Positions 1 through 11,780 of a stretch of DNA of 64,000 nucleotides are shown one piece after another (the first letter of the stretch is position 1; each line of letters begins with the position of its first letter). The translations under genes and the position numbers were made by a program. The notes below the pieces were generated by a model that was given only the letters and a program-made list of their open reading frames with translations, had not been told where the DNA came from and did not search any database. Source of the DNA: Lobosporangium transversale (lineage: Eukaryota); NCBI RefSeq assembly GCF_002105155.1, contig NW_019029019.1:248001-312000 (forward strand), given 5' to 3'.

Positions 1-2
1 GT

Positions 3-590
3 TCACAACTATCACAACCAAATGATAACCAACAAGCATCAGTTGATAGTAATCAGCAGCCATCCGTCAAAGAGAAAAAGAAAAAGAAAAAGAAAAAGAA
101 AAAAGAGAAAGGGCCAGGTCAGGGGGAATATGATGCTGAATACCTTCATACTCACGTTGCTGATGAAGCAGCATACCCTATCGTCTACAGTAAAAACTGT
201 AGGCAGTCCCACGAAAGAACTATGAAATCCTGGGGACACTTCATCTGCAAAACAGAGGAGTGCGAGGAGAACGAATGGAAATCAGCCATCATTGCCTGCC
301 ATCTGATTTTTTCTAGGTCCAACATTTCCTACAAGGTTACACTTCATGCCCAGAAGTGCAGGCAATGCGAACGCTATGCAGAACCTATTGTGGACCCAGA
401 AGCCTATGCTAGACAGGTGGTTCATGTTTTGGACTTGTGGATGCATCTTAGAGAAAGGGAAGAGCCCACTGGATCTGGTGTCCATACCAGAGGCCCTCAT
501 GATATTGCTCGCTGCCATGGATGCGAAGTAGGTCAGTGCCCATATTCGGCAGGGGAGTTAGGGGCTCGACCATCTAGACAATTTCTTTAG
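3..590 (+). CDS. zf-3CxxC (RTP-like) zinc-binding domain protein, 5'-truncated by window edge
   Basis: ORF 222..590 has the 3CxxC pattern GHFIC..C...W.S / Y.V.LHAQKCRQC...P / GPHD..RCHGC..GQC. The same frame is open back to position 3 and includes a poly-Lys tract and YLHTHV, so the start lies upstream. Confidence 0.85.
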   Translation, partial: SQLSQPNDNQQASVDSNQQPSVKEKKKKKKKKKKEKGPGQGEYDAEYLHTHVADEAAYPIVYSKNCRQSHERTMKSWGHFICKTEECEENEWKSAIIACHLIFSRSNISYKVTLHAQKCRQCERYAEPIVDPEAYARQVVHVLDLWMHLREREEPTGSGVHTRGPHDIARCHGCEVGQCPYSAGELGARPSRQFL

Positions 591-1524
591 TATAAACTAC
601 CCTGAGAATTGAATAAAATATTAAGAAAAGGAAAGACCATTACACTGTTAATTGGGAATGAAAATGATCAGCCTTCTCTAGGACTTATTCAGGGCCCTCA
701 AGCAGCCTTCATTACCGCTTTAGGCACCAATATATCTCTCCTCGTTCCACTTTGTCATGTCTCCTCACCATGTGGAGAGAGAGGGAAAATAATAAAGCAA
801 ACTTCCAAGACTGGAAATATTGTTTGGCATCACAGTAAATTGAGTTTTGACAGAAATTGATATATATACTTGATGCGCAATCAACGCACCATTGATATTT
901 CAATCAATCTTACTCTTTTATTCCTCAGTGGATACTACAGATATATTGTGCCTAGTTCAAATATTTTCTAGTAGTGTTGCTGCATTATTTCTATAACAAA
1001 TGTCCAAGGCTATCAATCCTCTATGGAGATAACAGCAGCGAATATAATGGACCAAAGGATGAGTCGTGGCATGCTTCAAAAGGTACGCTTATTGAATGAA
1101 ATTTGTATCTTTGAAATATTTTAAATGCCGCCTCGATTATCCGAAAAGAAAGCGAGGACACACTATTTCAGTCACCAGAGATAACCGCAGTATTATGTCG
1201 ATACAGTTGTTTTTGTTGAAAGATCTGTTGGTGCTCAGAGAGCACATCTAATCTACCTATGGGCAAAACTATATACAATCACATGCACCTTGATGCATGC
1301 GGTCGTCTGCGTGGATTGTTAAGCGTATTTATATTTCTTGTTTTATATTTATCCTGTTGTACATGTACCGTCTTCAAATTATGCGCATATACACTCCGCA
1401 TTTACTCCCAACACTAGAAATTCATCCAAGTCAAAATGTTGCCAGCCACTTTCCGAATAGCCAATGAATAGTTTGCGGATTCATTGGATATGGTGCTGGT
1501 AGAGAGCTAGGAACATACTAGTCC

Positions 1525-1950
1525 ATCCTAACCGACAAGTGCTTTGGTGTGTTCGGGTGTTTACTTCCCGAAATATATCATTCTCTTAAACCGTCTTTAC
1601 ATGGGGACCTTATGAAGGACGTAGGTCTCCAGAAGTCGTGCTTTGGAGCAGGCTCCATACCAACCCAGGTGCCATATATACGAAGAAGCTATGGGTGATC
1701 CGAAAGGGTTTACTCCAACAGACATGGTAAAATACCCAAGGGCTGCTGCTCTAAAAGAGAAGGTGTATCTCTGCAACAGCATCCTCTTGTATGCAAGCCC
1801 CAAGTATAGCATACAGGCCCAATTTACCCAAGTATAGGTCCTTAATGCACTGCGGCAAGACTAAGGAAGATCTGTTTACCTGAAGCACAAAGTGTTGACC
1901 AATCTTACGGCAGAGATGAACAGAATATATTGCTCCTAGGCTCTCCAGAA
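1525..1950 (+). pseudogene. DUF4238 gene remnant (3' part only)
   Basis: Matches 44500-44950 (ILTDKC.G.F, KEKVYLCNSILL), with internal deletions and frameshifts; 5' half absent. Confidence 0.7.
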
Positions 1951-3079
1951 AGACCTTTACTTCTTCCACTTCTCCTCATAAACAAAGATTGTAGTTGTTA
2001 AGTACAGTTTGGTGAAAATAAAGCAATGGGCCTCTTAGCCAGCGCTAATAAGGAGCCGATATTGAAGCTTGGGGGAGGATGAGTATAGGAATGAGGAGGG
2101 TTAGAATATGGCGACATTTTTATTTGGTTCTCATTTTTAATTTTATTTCTAGCGCATCTCATCTTGAAGGATGCGACTTCTGTATGATGACCAACTCGAT
2201 ACAATAGCAGTTATTCTGTTAAGAAGAAAGGAAGAAGACATGAAAAGACAGCTATCTGTGTGGACCAACTATAGATGGGGGGTAGAAGAAGAAAGAAGTC
2301 TATGAAAGTCCTCGATGGGCAGGGGTGCGGTGCGCCAGATAATAATGCAATATTCTGAAGAGCTTTAACAGCTTCAACCAGTATTTACCACACAATGAGC
2401 ACTGGGTTTAAAAGAACACATGTTTAGCGGTATTTACTTATACCAGCCCCTCCTTGTGTAGAGGATGTGTTGGCGGAACAATGTTTGGTTGTCGATCAAT
2501 GCTTTGTGTGACATGAGCCATATGATAGAAAATGTTTATATTTATTCTTTGATGAATGGTCAATTGATGGGATTAACTATTGTAGAGGAGAGGAGAATGG
2601 GTGTGGGAACATCATATAAGACCGTCCCTCGTCCCAACAATTATTATCGGATCAATATCCTCAGTAATAAAAATCGGGCTCTTGCTGATTATCCCCCGAA
2701 AAAAACGCATCAAAAAGTAGAAAGGGTTTCAAAAAGCAGATTTGGTGTGGAAAAAAGGCTTACATGTACACTGCTATGTTTGCTTGTTATGCAGGTGCTG
2801 TGCTCAGAAATGTGCATTTTTTACTTCGCCATTTTTTCTTTGGACCAATATAACTAAGGATTTTCCGCTGTTACTTCCATCATCTCGCTTGCTCAGCTCT
2901 TCTGGCCTGTTCTCTGTTCTTCATACTGAATCAAGACAATCATCCTTACACTTGCATCAATTCGCATCCTTTTTCAATTGCTTCCTCCATTACTCATCGA
3001 TCATCGTGACTGTTTTTTAAAAACACGCGTTTATTTTATTTGCGCCACTGAACCTGGAATTAGTTTGACATACGTTAAG

Positions 3080-3348
3080 GTAATGGTGATAGCAAATAGT
3101 CATTTGAGATGTGGGGCGGGTGTAGAGGTGTTGGCGACCCAGGGTTAATCATTTTTACATTGGACATTGTGTGCGATGTAAGTCGATCTGGGTTCTAACT
3201 GGCGCACACTTTTTCTATGTCGACCTTGCTTTAAAAGCGGCTCAACTTTATTTCGATTTATGGCACAAAATATGATGTTCGATGATGTACTGTTATTAAC
3301 CATTTCTTTCTTTTCTCTCTTTTTTTTTTGGGGATAAAAACCAAATAG
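3080..3348 (+). other. Probable 5'-UTR intron(s) of helicase copy 1
   Basis: AAG|GTAATG donor, T(T/C)AAC-type branch site, pyrimidine tract and YAG acceptor ~33-34 nt before the ATG are conserved in all five copies. The acceptor-to-ATG phase differs between copies, arguing the upstream exon is non-coding. Confidence 0.5.
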
Positions 3349-3382
3349 AAAAAAAGAACCTCCGAGGTCTTGCGCGTTTTCG

Positions 3383-6300
3383 ATGGATTTACTATACGAC
3401 ACCCAAAAGTTGCGAATTTTACATGAGAAGGACCAGAAGATCAACTTGAGGAAAGGCACGATAGACACATTTGAAGAATATGGGTATGAATCTGTTGACC
3501 TGTATACCGAAAGGCTAGTAGACATGTGCTCGTACGAATTTCAGATCGAAGCAGCAAAGGCGCTGTTTGGCAAGATTCCAGACGACCACGATATCCGCCA
3601 ACTCAAACGCGTAAAAAATAACGCCGTTCGGGGTCCCATCGATGACGAACTGAATGAAGATGATGGAAAACCAAATGGAGACAGTGGCGAGGTTGACGGG
3701 CCTGACGCAGAGGACTGGGTTCTTACCGGGGAGCCGGAGATGTACAACTATAAAGACATTGTCATAGCTGCAATCACTAAGAGTTTTGGCGACGAGACAG
3801 ACCCCGAGCGGTACATCGGTTACGTGAGCCATATTTCCAAGATCCCACAAAGCGGCCTCCGTAGATATTTTTTTACATTTGACGCGCAAATATCTTCTTC
3901 CCAAGATATTGACGTGTTAATGTGGACGATTGGAAACCTTACATCCTACGAGCGTGTTGTGAATAGCCTTTCCGATAAGGATGCGATGAGGTCGATACCA
4001 AAGCTATTTTTAAAAGCTCCTGTGACAGACATTAGCCCCCTTACAGACGATACTGTAGACATTCCAGATGGTGTGCCCGAGTCGATGAATCAATCGCAAA
4101 AAGTTGCGATATCAAGGGCAATCCAGGAAGATGGGGACAAGGTGGTGCTGATCCAGGGTCCTCCTGGATGCGGTAAATCGACGACTATCGCTGAAATGAT
4201 CCATTTACTTACCTCTCATGACCGAGGTAACACAGGAATGCAGGTTCTGGCGTGTGCACAGACGAACGTTGCTGTGGCGGATCTTGCGTTTAAGTATGTT
4301 ACCACTAAAAAGCCTGCCAATTTTAAGTGTGTTATGGATATGAGGCCACCCAAGATAACCGATAGCCGCAAGAGAGCTGTGCTTGAGCCATTTACAATTA
4401 CCGCCCGATATCACCAAGTTGTCAATGCTGTGTTGCATACCATCATACGCGTCTTTGGGCGTACCCCCACCGCGTGTCACGGGAGCACGACAAGAAATGA
4501 AGTTAGGAGTATTGTGGCCTCCGATTTCAGGAAGTGTATGGAAAGTGGTTTAATCAAGCTACTGCCTCCGAAAGCCTGTAAGCTTCTTATGTCTATGGAG
4601 GCTGCGATCAGCGATTCTGCGCTGCCGTCTACCGATTTGACTCAGGTGAAACGTCTTGTTTCAGGAATGCGCAACGAACTAGAGCTCTTTTTTGAACCCG
4701 TCGAGCTTGAGTCGTTGCTCGAACTTTGCAGTGTTGATCAGCATACCGGCTCGTCGCCACGCTCTAAAACCATACCTATTTACGGGTGGGTGAAGCAAGC
4801 TCTTCTCGACGAAGCGTCTGTCGTATTTTGCACGATTAATATTGGGATATCGTTGACTTTTAAGAGACGCCTGGAAAGACTAGCGTATATCGTTGTCGAT
4901 GAGGCAGCGCAGGCGCTAGAGCCAGATGTGGCTGCACTAATGTGTGTTGATTCGTACTTTCGCCGCCTAATTTTGGTTGGAGACCCAAAGCAGCTTCGAG
5001 GATATTGTGCGTCCAACCGAGGCAAGCGCGAGATGATGGACCGCAGCCTCATGGAGCGCCTCCAGACATACCGGCTGTGCCATTCTACACTCCTCGATGT
5101 GCAATATCGCATGCATCAAGACATCTGCAATTTCGTGTCTCGAACCTTCTACGATAACAGATTGACCTCCGATGCGTCGATTCAAAGCAGGAGAGCTGTT
5201 ACAGCACTAGCACCTATTATGCACGTTATGTTCCTGGGATCTCAGATGGCACAATCGACAATCACGACAACGAGCGTGGTGAATATCGACGAGGCTAGAT
5301 ACATTGTTGCCCATGTATTCAAGGTGTTATTGCAATCCAGGCAGAATCAAGTCCTCTTGACTAATACTGTGACTAAGTCAATCTCTTATGCTGCCGTGAC
5401 GAAAAACACAGAAAAGGTAGAGACGCGACAGCCTGTAGAGGTCGCCAAGATCACTATCGGGATCATATGTATCTACAAGGCACAGGCCAACGTTATACGC
5501 TGTCTAGTCGAGAAGTCTCAAAACGCCTATAAAGGATTTGGAGCCGAAATAGTAGTTAACACCATAGATTCGTTTCAGGGGCAGGAGTGCGACATTATCT
5601 ATGTAGCGCTTACAAGGACTACACAAATTAACACTTTTATGGACAATGCTAATCGCGTTAACGTCGCAATTTCGAGAGCTCGGCACCATCTGATTGTAGT
5701 GGGAGATGCAAAACTTTCGCTGGCAGCCAAACAAGACGCCCCATCATCCTACTGGCATAGCCTGTGTATGGGCAGAAGATCCATGGTTATCGAACCAAAG
5801 TACATCAGGAGCATGCCTCAATACGATGGGCCGGAACGCGTTACTGTTATGAAGGCTGCGGTAATACAAGCAGCGCCGGCCACAATCAAAGAGATCATAG
5901 CTAAGGGACTGGCTGCCACAACTCCCATTTGGACTATCCACTACGAGAGACTCACGATAGACCCGAAAACCCCGCAAGGGATCCATATACTCGAATATGT
6001 CGTGCAAGCACTAGCCAGTGGAGATTTTGACACGGGAAATGGCGGTAGGACAACAAGACCCTTATTCGGTAAAAAACAAAAAGGGGCATCCCTGTTTTTC
6101 GTTACCACAGTGTGTGGGGTAGTGTGCCTTGCGTGGACCGTGAGAGTGCACGGGCAGCGCCAGGCCATTGAGCTTCTTGGCATCGGAGACAAAACATTCG
6201 TTGAAAAGACGGCCTGGCCGTTGCTCCGTCGCGACATCGAAGGGCAACCGGAATGGAAACTCTTTGCGTCTATGAGCCTGTGGTCGTCTGGTATAAGCGT

Positions 6301-9013
6301 AGACCTCTCCAAGGATATGCCAAAAAGTACGTCGTTGCTCTATGTGCCCGCAGATATAGAAATTCCTGTCGACGACGCCTTGGCGGATGTACCAGAGAAT
6401 GGGCACCTTCTGATCGACCACGACCACATTAAAGCCATGTCCTTTATGAGATCCAGCCCCACTATGGTCCTTGGAGGTGGGGGTACTGGCAAGACGGAGT
6501 GCATGCTGGATATGATTGAGCAGCAACTGGACATGGATACAGACCTTGGCAACGTGCAGCTCTATTTGGGAGCGACTGATTCGTTAGCCAACTGGTCGTC
6601 GATGAGACTATTAAAACGGGAGAACATAACGGAGCAAGGCTTTAAGATGGTATCGTTCACCAGTCTCCCATCTCTACTCTCAAAGCTCTACATGTCGAAT
6701 AGCACCATACGCGGGAAGCTCTTTGTGGATCGGGATATCTTTAGATCCGAATATATGGATGCCATGCCTGCAATGGTCCGCAGTATTGGCGCCGATGAGC
6801 TCTACGACGCTATCCACGCGCGCATGGATATAGAGACAGAGAACGGCATTAGTTCTCTTAGGCCAGAGTACAAGACAGCACACAAGGTCTATGAATTGGT
6901 CAAGACATCGCGCGGTCACTTCGACGCTTACGACCTTCACGCACTCGTCGAGCAAGACCCGCAACGATTAGTGGCTATGGCATCGAAGATCGCACGCATC
7001 TACTTAGATGAGGTCCAAGATATATCATGGACAATGTGGTCTGTAATCGAGGTAATGCTGTCTGCACGCACCTCGAGCGTGGTGTGTGCTGGTGATTTCA
7101 CACAGCGACTTACACCAGGGATTTCGGTCAATGGTATAAAAAGCCTCATCTATAAACACCTCCCCAAGAGTATGGAGACCATTAGATTCAAGACAAATTA
7201 TCGATCGGACCCCAGCATTATATCACTCGCAAACCGTATCCAATCGTACACCCACATGAGAGAACACGCAATGGAACCATCTCTCTACCCTCAGGAAAGC
7301 AGCAACTCCGTGACACTGGTAGAGATACAGGACATCGAGCATGAAAATGTAGCCGATGTGTTGCGCTATATCGGAGTTCCGTCCAACAACTATAGAGCTG
7401 CGATCGTCACATCGTCGTCATGGGCACATCGGCTTCGTGAGACTTTGGGTAAATCTCACAATGTCTTTAGTGCTTACGAATGCAAGGGTCTCGAGTTCGA
7501 CCTTGTTGTGTGTTGGGACCTCTTCAACCCAAGCATGGATGTAAAAACATCGACTCTAAGGCGTAACATGGGGGCTGCCACCTTAGATAAGGGCAATATT
7601 GAGGAAGACGAAAACTTTGAGATATACTTGAACCATCTCTACGTAACCGTTACAAGGGCACGCAAGCACCTTATAATGGTCGTTCCATCATGCGATAGAT
7701 CTAGCATTATGGTCAAGGCACTTGGGATTAGCGATATGGTCCATTACAGTGAGGTTCGGGAGCGTGGACCTCTGCCTGAAATTATCATTCCAATAGACGA
7801 GCTCAGCGTGTCTGACGATCTAAGAATGGCGATTGTGATGAGAGAAAGAGGATTACTCCAGCAGGCTCTCAACGTCTTTGAGCAGTACGGCGACGCTGCA
7901 CAAGCAGGGTTTACGAGAGCTCTAATCCATCGAAATGAACACAGGCTTCGCGGGGAAGACCACGAGATCCAGCTTTGTATTTCTGAGTGTTACGGTGTAA
8001 TCGAGGTATTGCAACAGTCGACGGATAGTGTTCTCAAAATCGAGGATGTAAAGCTATTCCTTACCCAGGCACTGGTCGCTGATAAGCAGTATGCTGAAGC
8101 ATGTCTGCTTTACAAGGAATTGGAGATGGAAGATGAACTGGTCGCGTGTCTAATCGAGGCAGTTGAATCAAAGTCTGGAGATGTGGTGCGGCTACGCTAC
8201 TTAATATCCGAAAAAGCTGTAGCTATCTGGGAGCATTTCAAGGACAACAAGAGATATGCAAGATTTGTTGTTGCGTTAATGCTTGTGTTTAAATCTTCGA
8301 CTGTAGACCTAATCCAGTCGATGATCACGCACATTCCATCCAAAGCAGGGCTCACTATGCTGCACAACTCCCTGATAGAGGCCGATAAAAGCGTATCCCC
8401 CATATGGGAAGTATTCCGAAGAAGAAAGTGGCTGCAGGTGGGGTCTGGATCGGAAGAGTCGGAGGAACTGACATTCTTAGAATGGAGCTCATTGCGGCGC
8501 CTCGATGGCCAACACTCCAACGAAGACTTGGTTTACATTATTTCTACTGGTTGCTTGCCAGAATCTCAGTCGTCAATAGCCTGTCTGTTTGTTGGGCCTA
8601 GAAACAACAAGACTACAAAAACCTTGTCGCTCAATATCCAATCGGGTGCTATGCTAAAGGCGTGTCGGTCGCTGGAAATACCTTTGAAGCATGTTTCAAC
8701 GAAGATGAGAGAGCTCTCCTGCCCCCTGACAGATTTTATGGCACTCCATTCCCAAATAAGTGGGGAAGAATCAAGAATGTACCTGCTTGCTGAGGCGTAC
8801 AAGACGCATAAGCTCAAGATGAGGGGTAGCGAGCACCAACTCACTCTCTTTAGATGGTGTGCTAAGATGAGTGGAGGTACGAACATCATCGATATGATCT
8901 GTACCATGCTTAAGGAGGACAGAGATATGTTGCTTGCCATCTACAGCCCAGATAACACCCTAAACGTAACACAGAAAGCACTACTTCAGGTGCTGAACGA
9001 GAGGGATATATAG
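3383..9013 (+). CDS. Dual-helicase protein copy 1 (Upf1/Sen1-like SF1B + UvrD-like SF1A + TPR-like tail; TRANK1-like), 1876 aa
   Basis: Helicase 1 motifs: MNQSQ, IQGPPGCGKS, CAQTNVAV, VVDEAAQ, LVGDPKQL, QYRMH, TIDSFQGQE, RVNVAISRAR. Helicase 2 motifs: GGGGTGKT, YLDEVQD, AGDFTQ, NYRS, KGLEFD, LYVTVTRAR. Confidence 0.93.
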   Translation: MDLLYDTQKLRILHEKDQKINLRKGTIDTFEEYGYESVDLYTERLVDMCSYEFQIEAAKALFGKIPDDHDIRQLKRVKNNAVRGPIDDELNEDDGKPNGDSGEVDGPDAEDWVLTGEPEMYNYKDIVIAAITKSFGDETDPERYIGYVSHISKIPQSGLRRYFFTFDAQISSSQDIDVLMWTIGNLTSYERVVNSLSDKDAMRSIPKLFLKAPVTDISPLTDDTVDIPDGVPESMNQSQKVAISRAIQEDGDKVVLIQGPPGCGKSTTIAEMIHLLTSHDRGNTGMQVLACAQTNVAVADLAFKYVTTKKPANFKCVMDMRPPKITDSRKRAVLEPFTITARYHQVVNAVLHTIIRVFGRTPTACHGSTTRNEVRSIVASDFRKCMESGLIKLLPPKACKLLMSMEAAISDSALPSTDLTQVKRLVSGMRNELELFFEPVELESLLELCSVDQHTGSSPRSKTIPIYGWVKQALLDEASVVFCTINIGISLTFKRRLERLAYIVVDEAAQALEPDVAALMCVDSYFRRLILVGDPKQLRGYCASNRGKREMMDRSLMERLQTYRLCHSTLLDVQYRMHQDICNFVSRTFYDNRLTSDASIQSRRAVTALAPIMHVMFLGSQMAQSTITTTSVVNIDEARYIVAHVFKVLLQSRQNQVLLTNTVTKSISYAAVTKNTEKVETRQPVEVAKITIGIICIYKAQANVIRCLVEKSQNAYKGFGAEIVVNTIDSFQGQECDIIYVALTRTTQINTFMDNANRVNVAISRARHHLIVVGDAKLSLAAKQDAPSSYWHSLCMGRRSMVIEPKYIRSMPQYDGPERVTVMKAAVIQAAPATIKEIIAKGLAATTPIWTIHYERLTIDPKTPQGIHILEYVVQALASGDFDTGNGGRTTRPLFGKKQKGASLFFVTTVCGVVCLAWTVRVHGQRQAIELLGIGDKTFVEKTAWPLLRRDIEGQPEWKLFASMSLWSSGISVDLSKDMPKSTSLLYVPADIEIPVDDALADVPENGHLLIDHDHIKAMSFMRSSPTMVLGGGGTGKTECMLDMIEQQLDMDTDLGNVQLYLGATDSLANWSSMRLLKRENITEQGFKMVSFTSLPSLLSKLYMSNSTIRGKLFVDRDIFRSEYMDAMPAMVRSIGADELYDAIHARMDIETENGISSLRPEYKTAHKVYELVKTSRGHFDAYDLHALVEQDPQRLVAMASKIARIYLDEVQDISWTMWSVIEVMLSARTSSVVCAGDFTQRLTPGISVNGIKSLIYKHLPKSMETIRFKTNYRSDPSIISLANRIQSYTHMREHAMEPSLYPQESSNSVTLVEIQDIEHENVADVLRYIGVPSNNYRAAIVTSSSWAHRLRETLGKSHNVFSAYECKGLEFDLVVCWDLFNPSMDVKTSTLRRNMGAATLDKGNIEEDENFEIYLNHLYVTVTRARKHLIMVVPSCDRSSIMVKALGISDMVHYSEVRERGPLPEIIIPIDELSVSDDLRMAIVMRERGLLQQALNVFEQYGDAAQAGFTRALIHRNEHRLRGEDHEIQLCISECYGVIEVLQQSTDSVLKIEDVKLFLTQALVADKQYAEACLLYKELEMEDELVACLIEAVESKSGDVVRLRYLISEKAVAIWEHFKDNKRYARFVVALMLVFKSSTVDLIQSMITHIPSKAGLTMLHNSLIEADKSVSPIWEVFRRRKWLQVGSGSEESEELTFLEWSSLRRLDGQHSNEDLVYIISTGCLPESQSSIACLFVGPRNNKTTKTLSLNIQSGAMLKACRSLEIPLKHVSTKMRELSCPLTDFMALHSQISGEESRMYLLAEAYKTHKLKMRGSEHQLTLFRWCAKMSGGTNIIDMICTMLKEDRDMLLAIYSPDNTLNVTQKALLQVLNERDI

Positions 9014-10199
9014 GTACGCTAGCTTAGACTTGTCCGACTGCAGATCCATCGAGAATCAACTATCATAAGTGATCCACATCTTCTTAAAATAAACCACTCT
9101 GATTTCTCCTCTCCCTGATTTGATATGAAATGTGGCCTTGTGTTAGCTTCAAGTTCTGTTTTTCCAATATGCCAAATATAGTTATTTGGAGCAGTAGAAT
9201 CCTGTTACTTTGTCTAAGATCATAAAGGTAGGGCTTTTTATTTAGTCCAACACACCATTTGCTCGGTGGTTCATGCGTAGTGGTAGCCAAAATGTTGGTA
9301 TCATCTATTTCTATTACTTGAGGCCATAGAGACCGTAAATAGCTTCAGATCTAGTTACGTAACTACAATCACATCATAAGCCTAACCATTGGCCTGATAG
9401 AGTTTTTTTTTATGTATTTTAGTCTACATTACACTATTCATCACGGAGTGGCAGCCCGGATCGGAAATTCATCTAACTAGAAATCATAACCTGAAAGGGA
9501 ACTAAAGCTCTACTTCTCAAGCCCCGTTTCGAACATCCACAACCTCTCCCCTCTACTTTTACCCTTTTCTTACAAAACCATAGTGCCGCTCAAGCCCACA
9601 AGCATATACCTTCCGGAAATAACTAATCTTGATAGTGAGTTGTCTCAACCATTTATACATAATATGGTTGATGGGCTCTTTCGAGCATCGTTTATGAGCC
9701 TGCTCTGTGTGCTCTCTAAAAAAATAGAAAAAAAAGGAGTGCGTTGATAGAAATGAACTAGACGGGCGACCCGTGGCTTCGCTCACGGTCGCTCCAGTCT
9801 AGCCTTTGCCTCGTGAGGCTCATTTACCCTCGTTGGGGTTCCAACACAAAATTGAACGTTTTTGACACAAAGGTTTCTTTTTTATTTATTAGGTATTAAA
9901 GTCTTTTTTTTTATTGACATTTTGTTGTTCTTCAAACAAAAGAGTTTCAGTGTCGGCTCGCTTTTTCAATAGATCATATAAACCGGCATGGAAACGAAAA
10001 TTTTGGGCAGCCCACGGGGCGGTAGCATCGGTGCCTCTCGGCGTGCTTACTGTTTCTTCAAGTGAAAGCGAATGAACAGAGAGTTGGTCTTCCCGATCTG
10101 ATTGATGGGCGGGGCGTGTAGGAGAGAGTCGAGAGTGAAGGGGAGAGCGAGAGCGAGAGCGAGGAGGATGTGGGGATTTTTGGCGTGGGGAAGATGGCT

Positions 10200-10722
10200 T
10201 TAGGAGGGTTTGGCAAGGGGAAGATGGCTGTAAAGGACTCTGGTGGGAGGAAGAAGAATGCGTGGGAGATAGGTTCCTGGGGGGGGGGTCTGGCGGCGTC
10301 GCTTGCTTTGATCGTCGTGTTGTTCCTGGTCATCGTCGTCCCAATTAAGCGAACGCTTTTGAGATTGGGGAATTGTATCAAGGCTATCATCATCACATGA
10401 CTGATTGAAAAAAAAAAAAAAAAAAAAAAATTATTATTTTGTCTAGTCTTCACGTACAACCATATGACTATGATAGAGGCCTTTACCTGGGAAGCAGGAG
10501 GGAATTGGTCGATTGAGGAGGATGAGGGCGAAAGTATTGTCTGAAAGAACGATACCAAATTCTCCTTGGTGTTAGTCAATTATAACTCTGATTCTCTGTT
10601 GATACCCAAGACTCAAAGTTTAATAGAAACTTACTTCACTGGTATTTGGGGTCAATAGAGGTGCTTTTATAGAGACCGTCTGACGACCTTGAGAAGTCTT
10701 GGTGATGGTGGAGGTAGAAGAC
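10200..10722 (-). pseudogene. Degenerate spliced accessory/cargo gene within Helitron
   Basis: ATG (MSSTSTITKTSQ...) followed by GTAAGT and GTAAAG donors and CAG acceptors. An intact frame could not be assembled. Confidence 0.3.
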
Positions 10723-11191
10723 ATAATGTATGAATGTACGTGTGTGAGAGCGAATGAGGAGTGTGTGTGAACTTTTTTTTTTGTGTGTGTGTGAATTTTT
10801 GAAAAGAAAAAAAAAAAAAAGAGGAAAAGATGGAAGAATCTAAATTTTCAATTACAAAAACTGGTATCACGGTCAGATGTATATACAAAGACACGTTTAC
10901 TATACAGAGATGTACAAATACACTTCTACTAAAATACAGAGACGCTAATTTACACTGATCATACAACATGTACACTAATTTACACTGGTCTTACAGCTAT
11001 ATATACGATAAATAACATTTCGGCCGAGTCGCGATGATGGATACAGAGAGAGCAAGGGTAGTAAGAGCTGGAGATATAGATATCGTGGGGACAGCAAGGC
11101 ATAGGCACAGTAGGAACAACAGAGACAGGGATAGTAGAGGGGCGGCAGGGACTGAAGATGTCAGCGACTTTTTTTTTTTTTTTTTTTTTTT

Positions 11192-11780
11192 CAATCTTGA
11201 AGGACTTCTTGGTACACAATATTTCGCGTGTATTTACAAAGATCCCTTGAATCACCTTTGATAAGTACCTTCAAATGCTTGGGGTCTGTACAGCGAGAAA
11301 GAGCCACATAGAGCTGGCCATGACTAAAAACAGACCGTGGGAGGGAGGTATATGCCAACATTCTGAAGAGTTTGTCCCTGAGCCTTATTGATGGTCATGG
11401 CGAAGGCAGGTTTCAAAGGGAAATGGCGCCGCTGGAATATGACTGGAGACGATCTATCATCAGTTGCATTGATATTGATTCGAGGGATGTAATGGATCGC
11501 TCCTTTGAATATTCCCGTCATTACTTCAGCTTCGATGACTTTGTTTCCAAGTTTATGCACAATGAGACGCGTACCGTTACAGAGACCTTCCTTTGGGCTC
11601 AGGTTCCTTATGCGAATGATGGGCTGACCGATCTTTAATTGCAGTATACTGGGAGGGATTCCGGGAGGATTTAAAGAATTAAGAAATTCCACAGTGTATG
11701 TTGCTGCTGCTACTGGGTCGTCAATATCAGGGATGGAATCTTGCCCATGATAGACCTTTGGAATGGTATGACTTGAAAAT
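11192..11780 (-). pseudogene. Helitron PIF1-family helicase C-terminal fragment
   Basis: EFLNSL..PGIPP..L.LK.G, RNL....[31 protein letters not shown]; after a frameshift [11 protein letters not shown] and [10 protein letters not shown]. Confidence 0.9.

Noticed and set aside
2465..3020. ORFs in the conserved region upstream of the helicases
   Set aside because: Reading frames are not conserved between units; likely promoter or UTR sequence.
3515..8940. Many 60-150 aa antisense or alternate-frame ORFs recurring in each helicase copy
   Set aside because: Shadows of the long sense CDS; they recur only because of the duplication.
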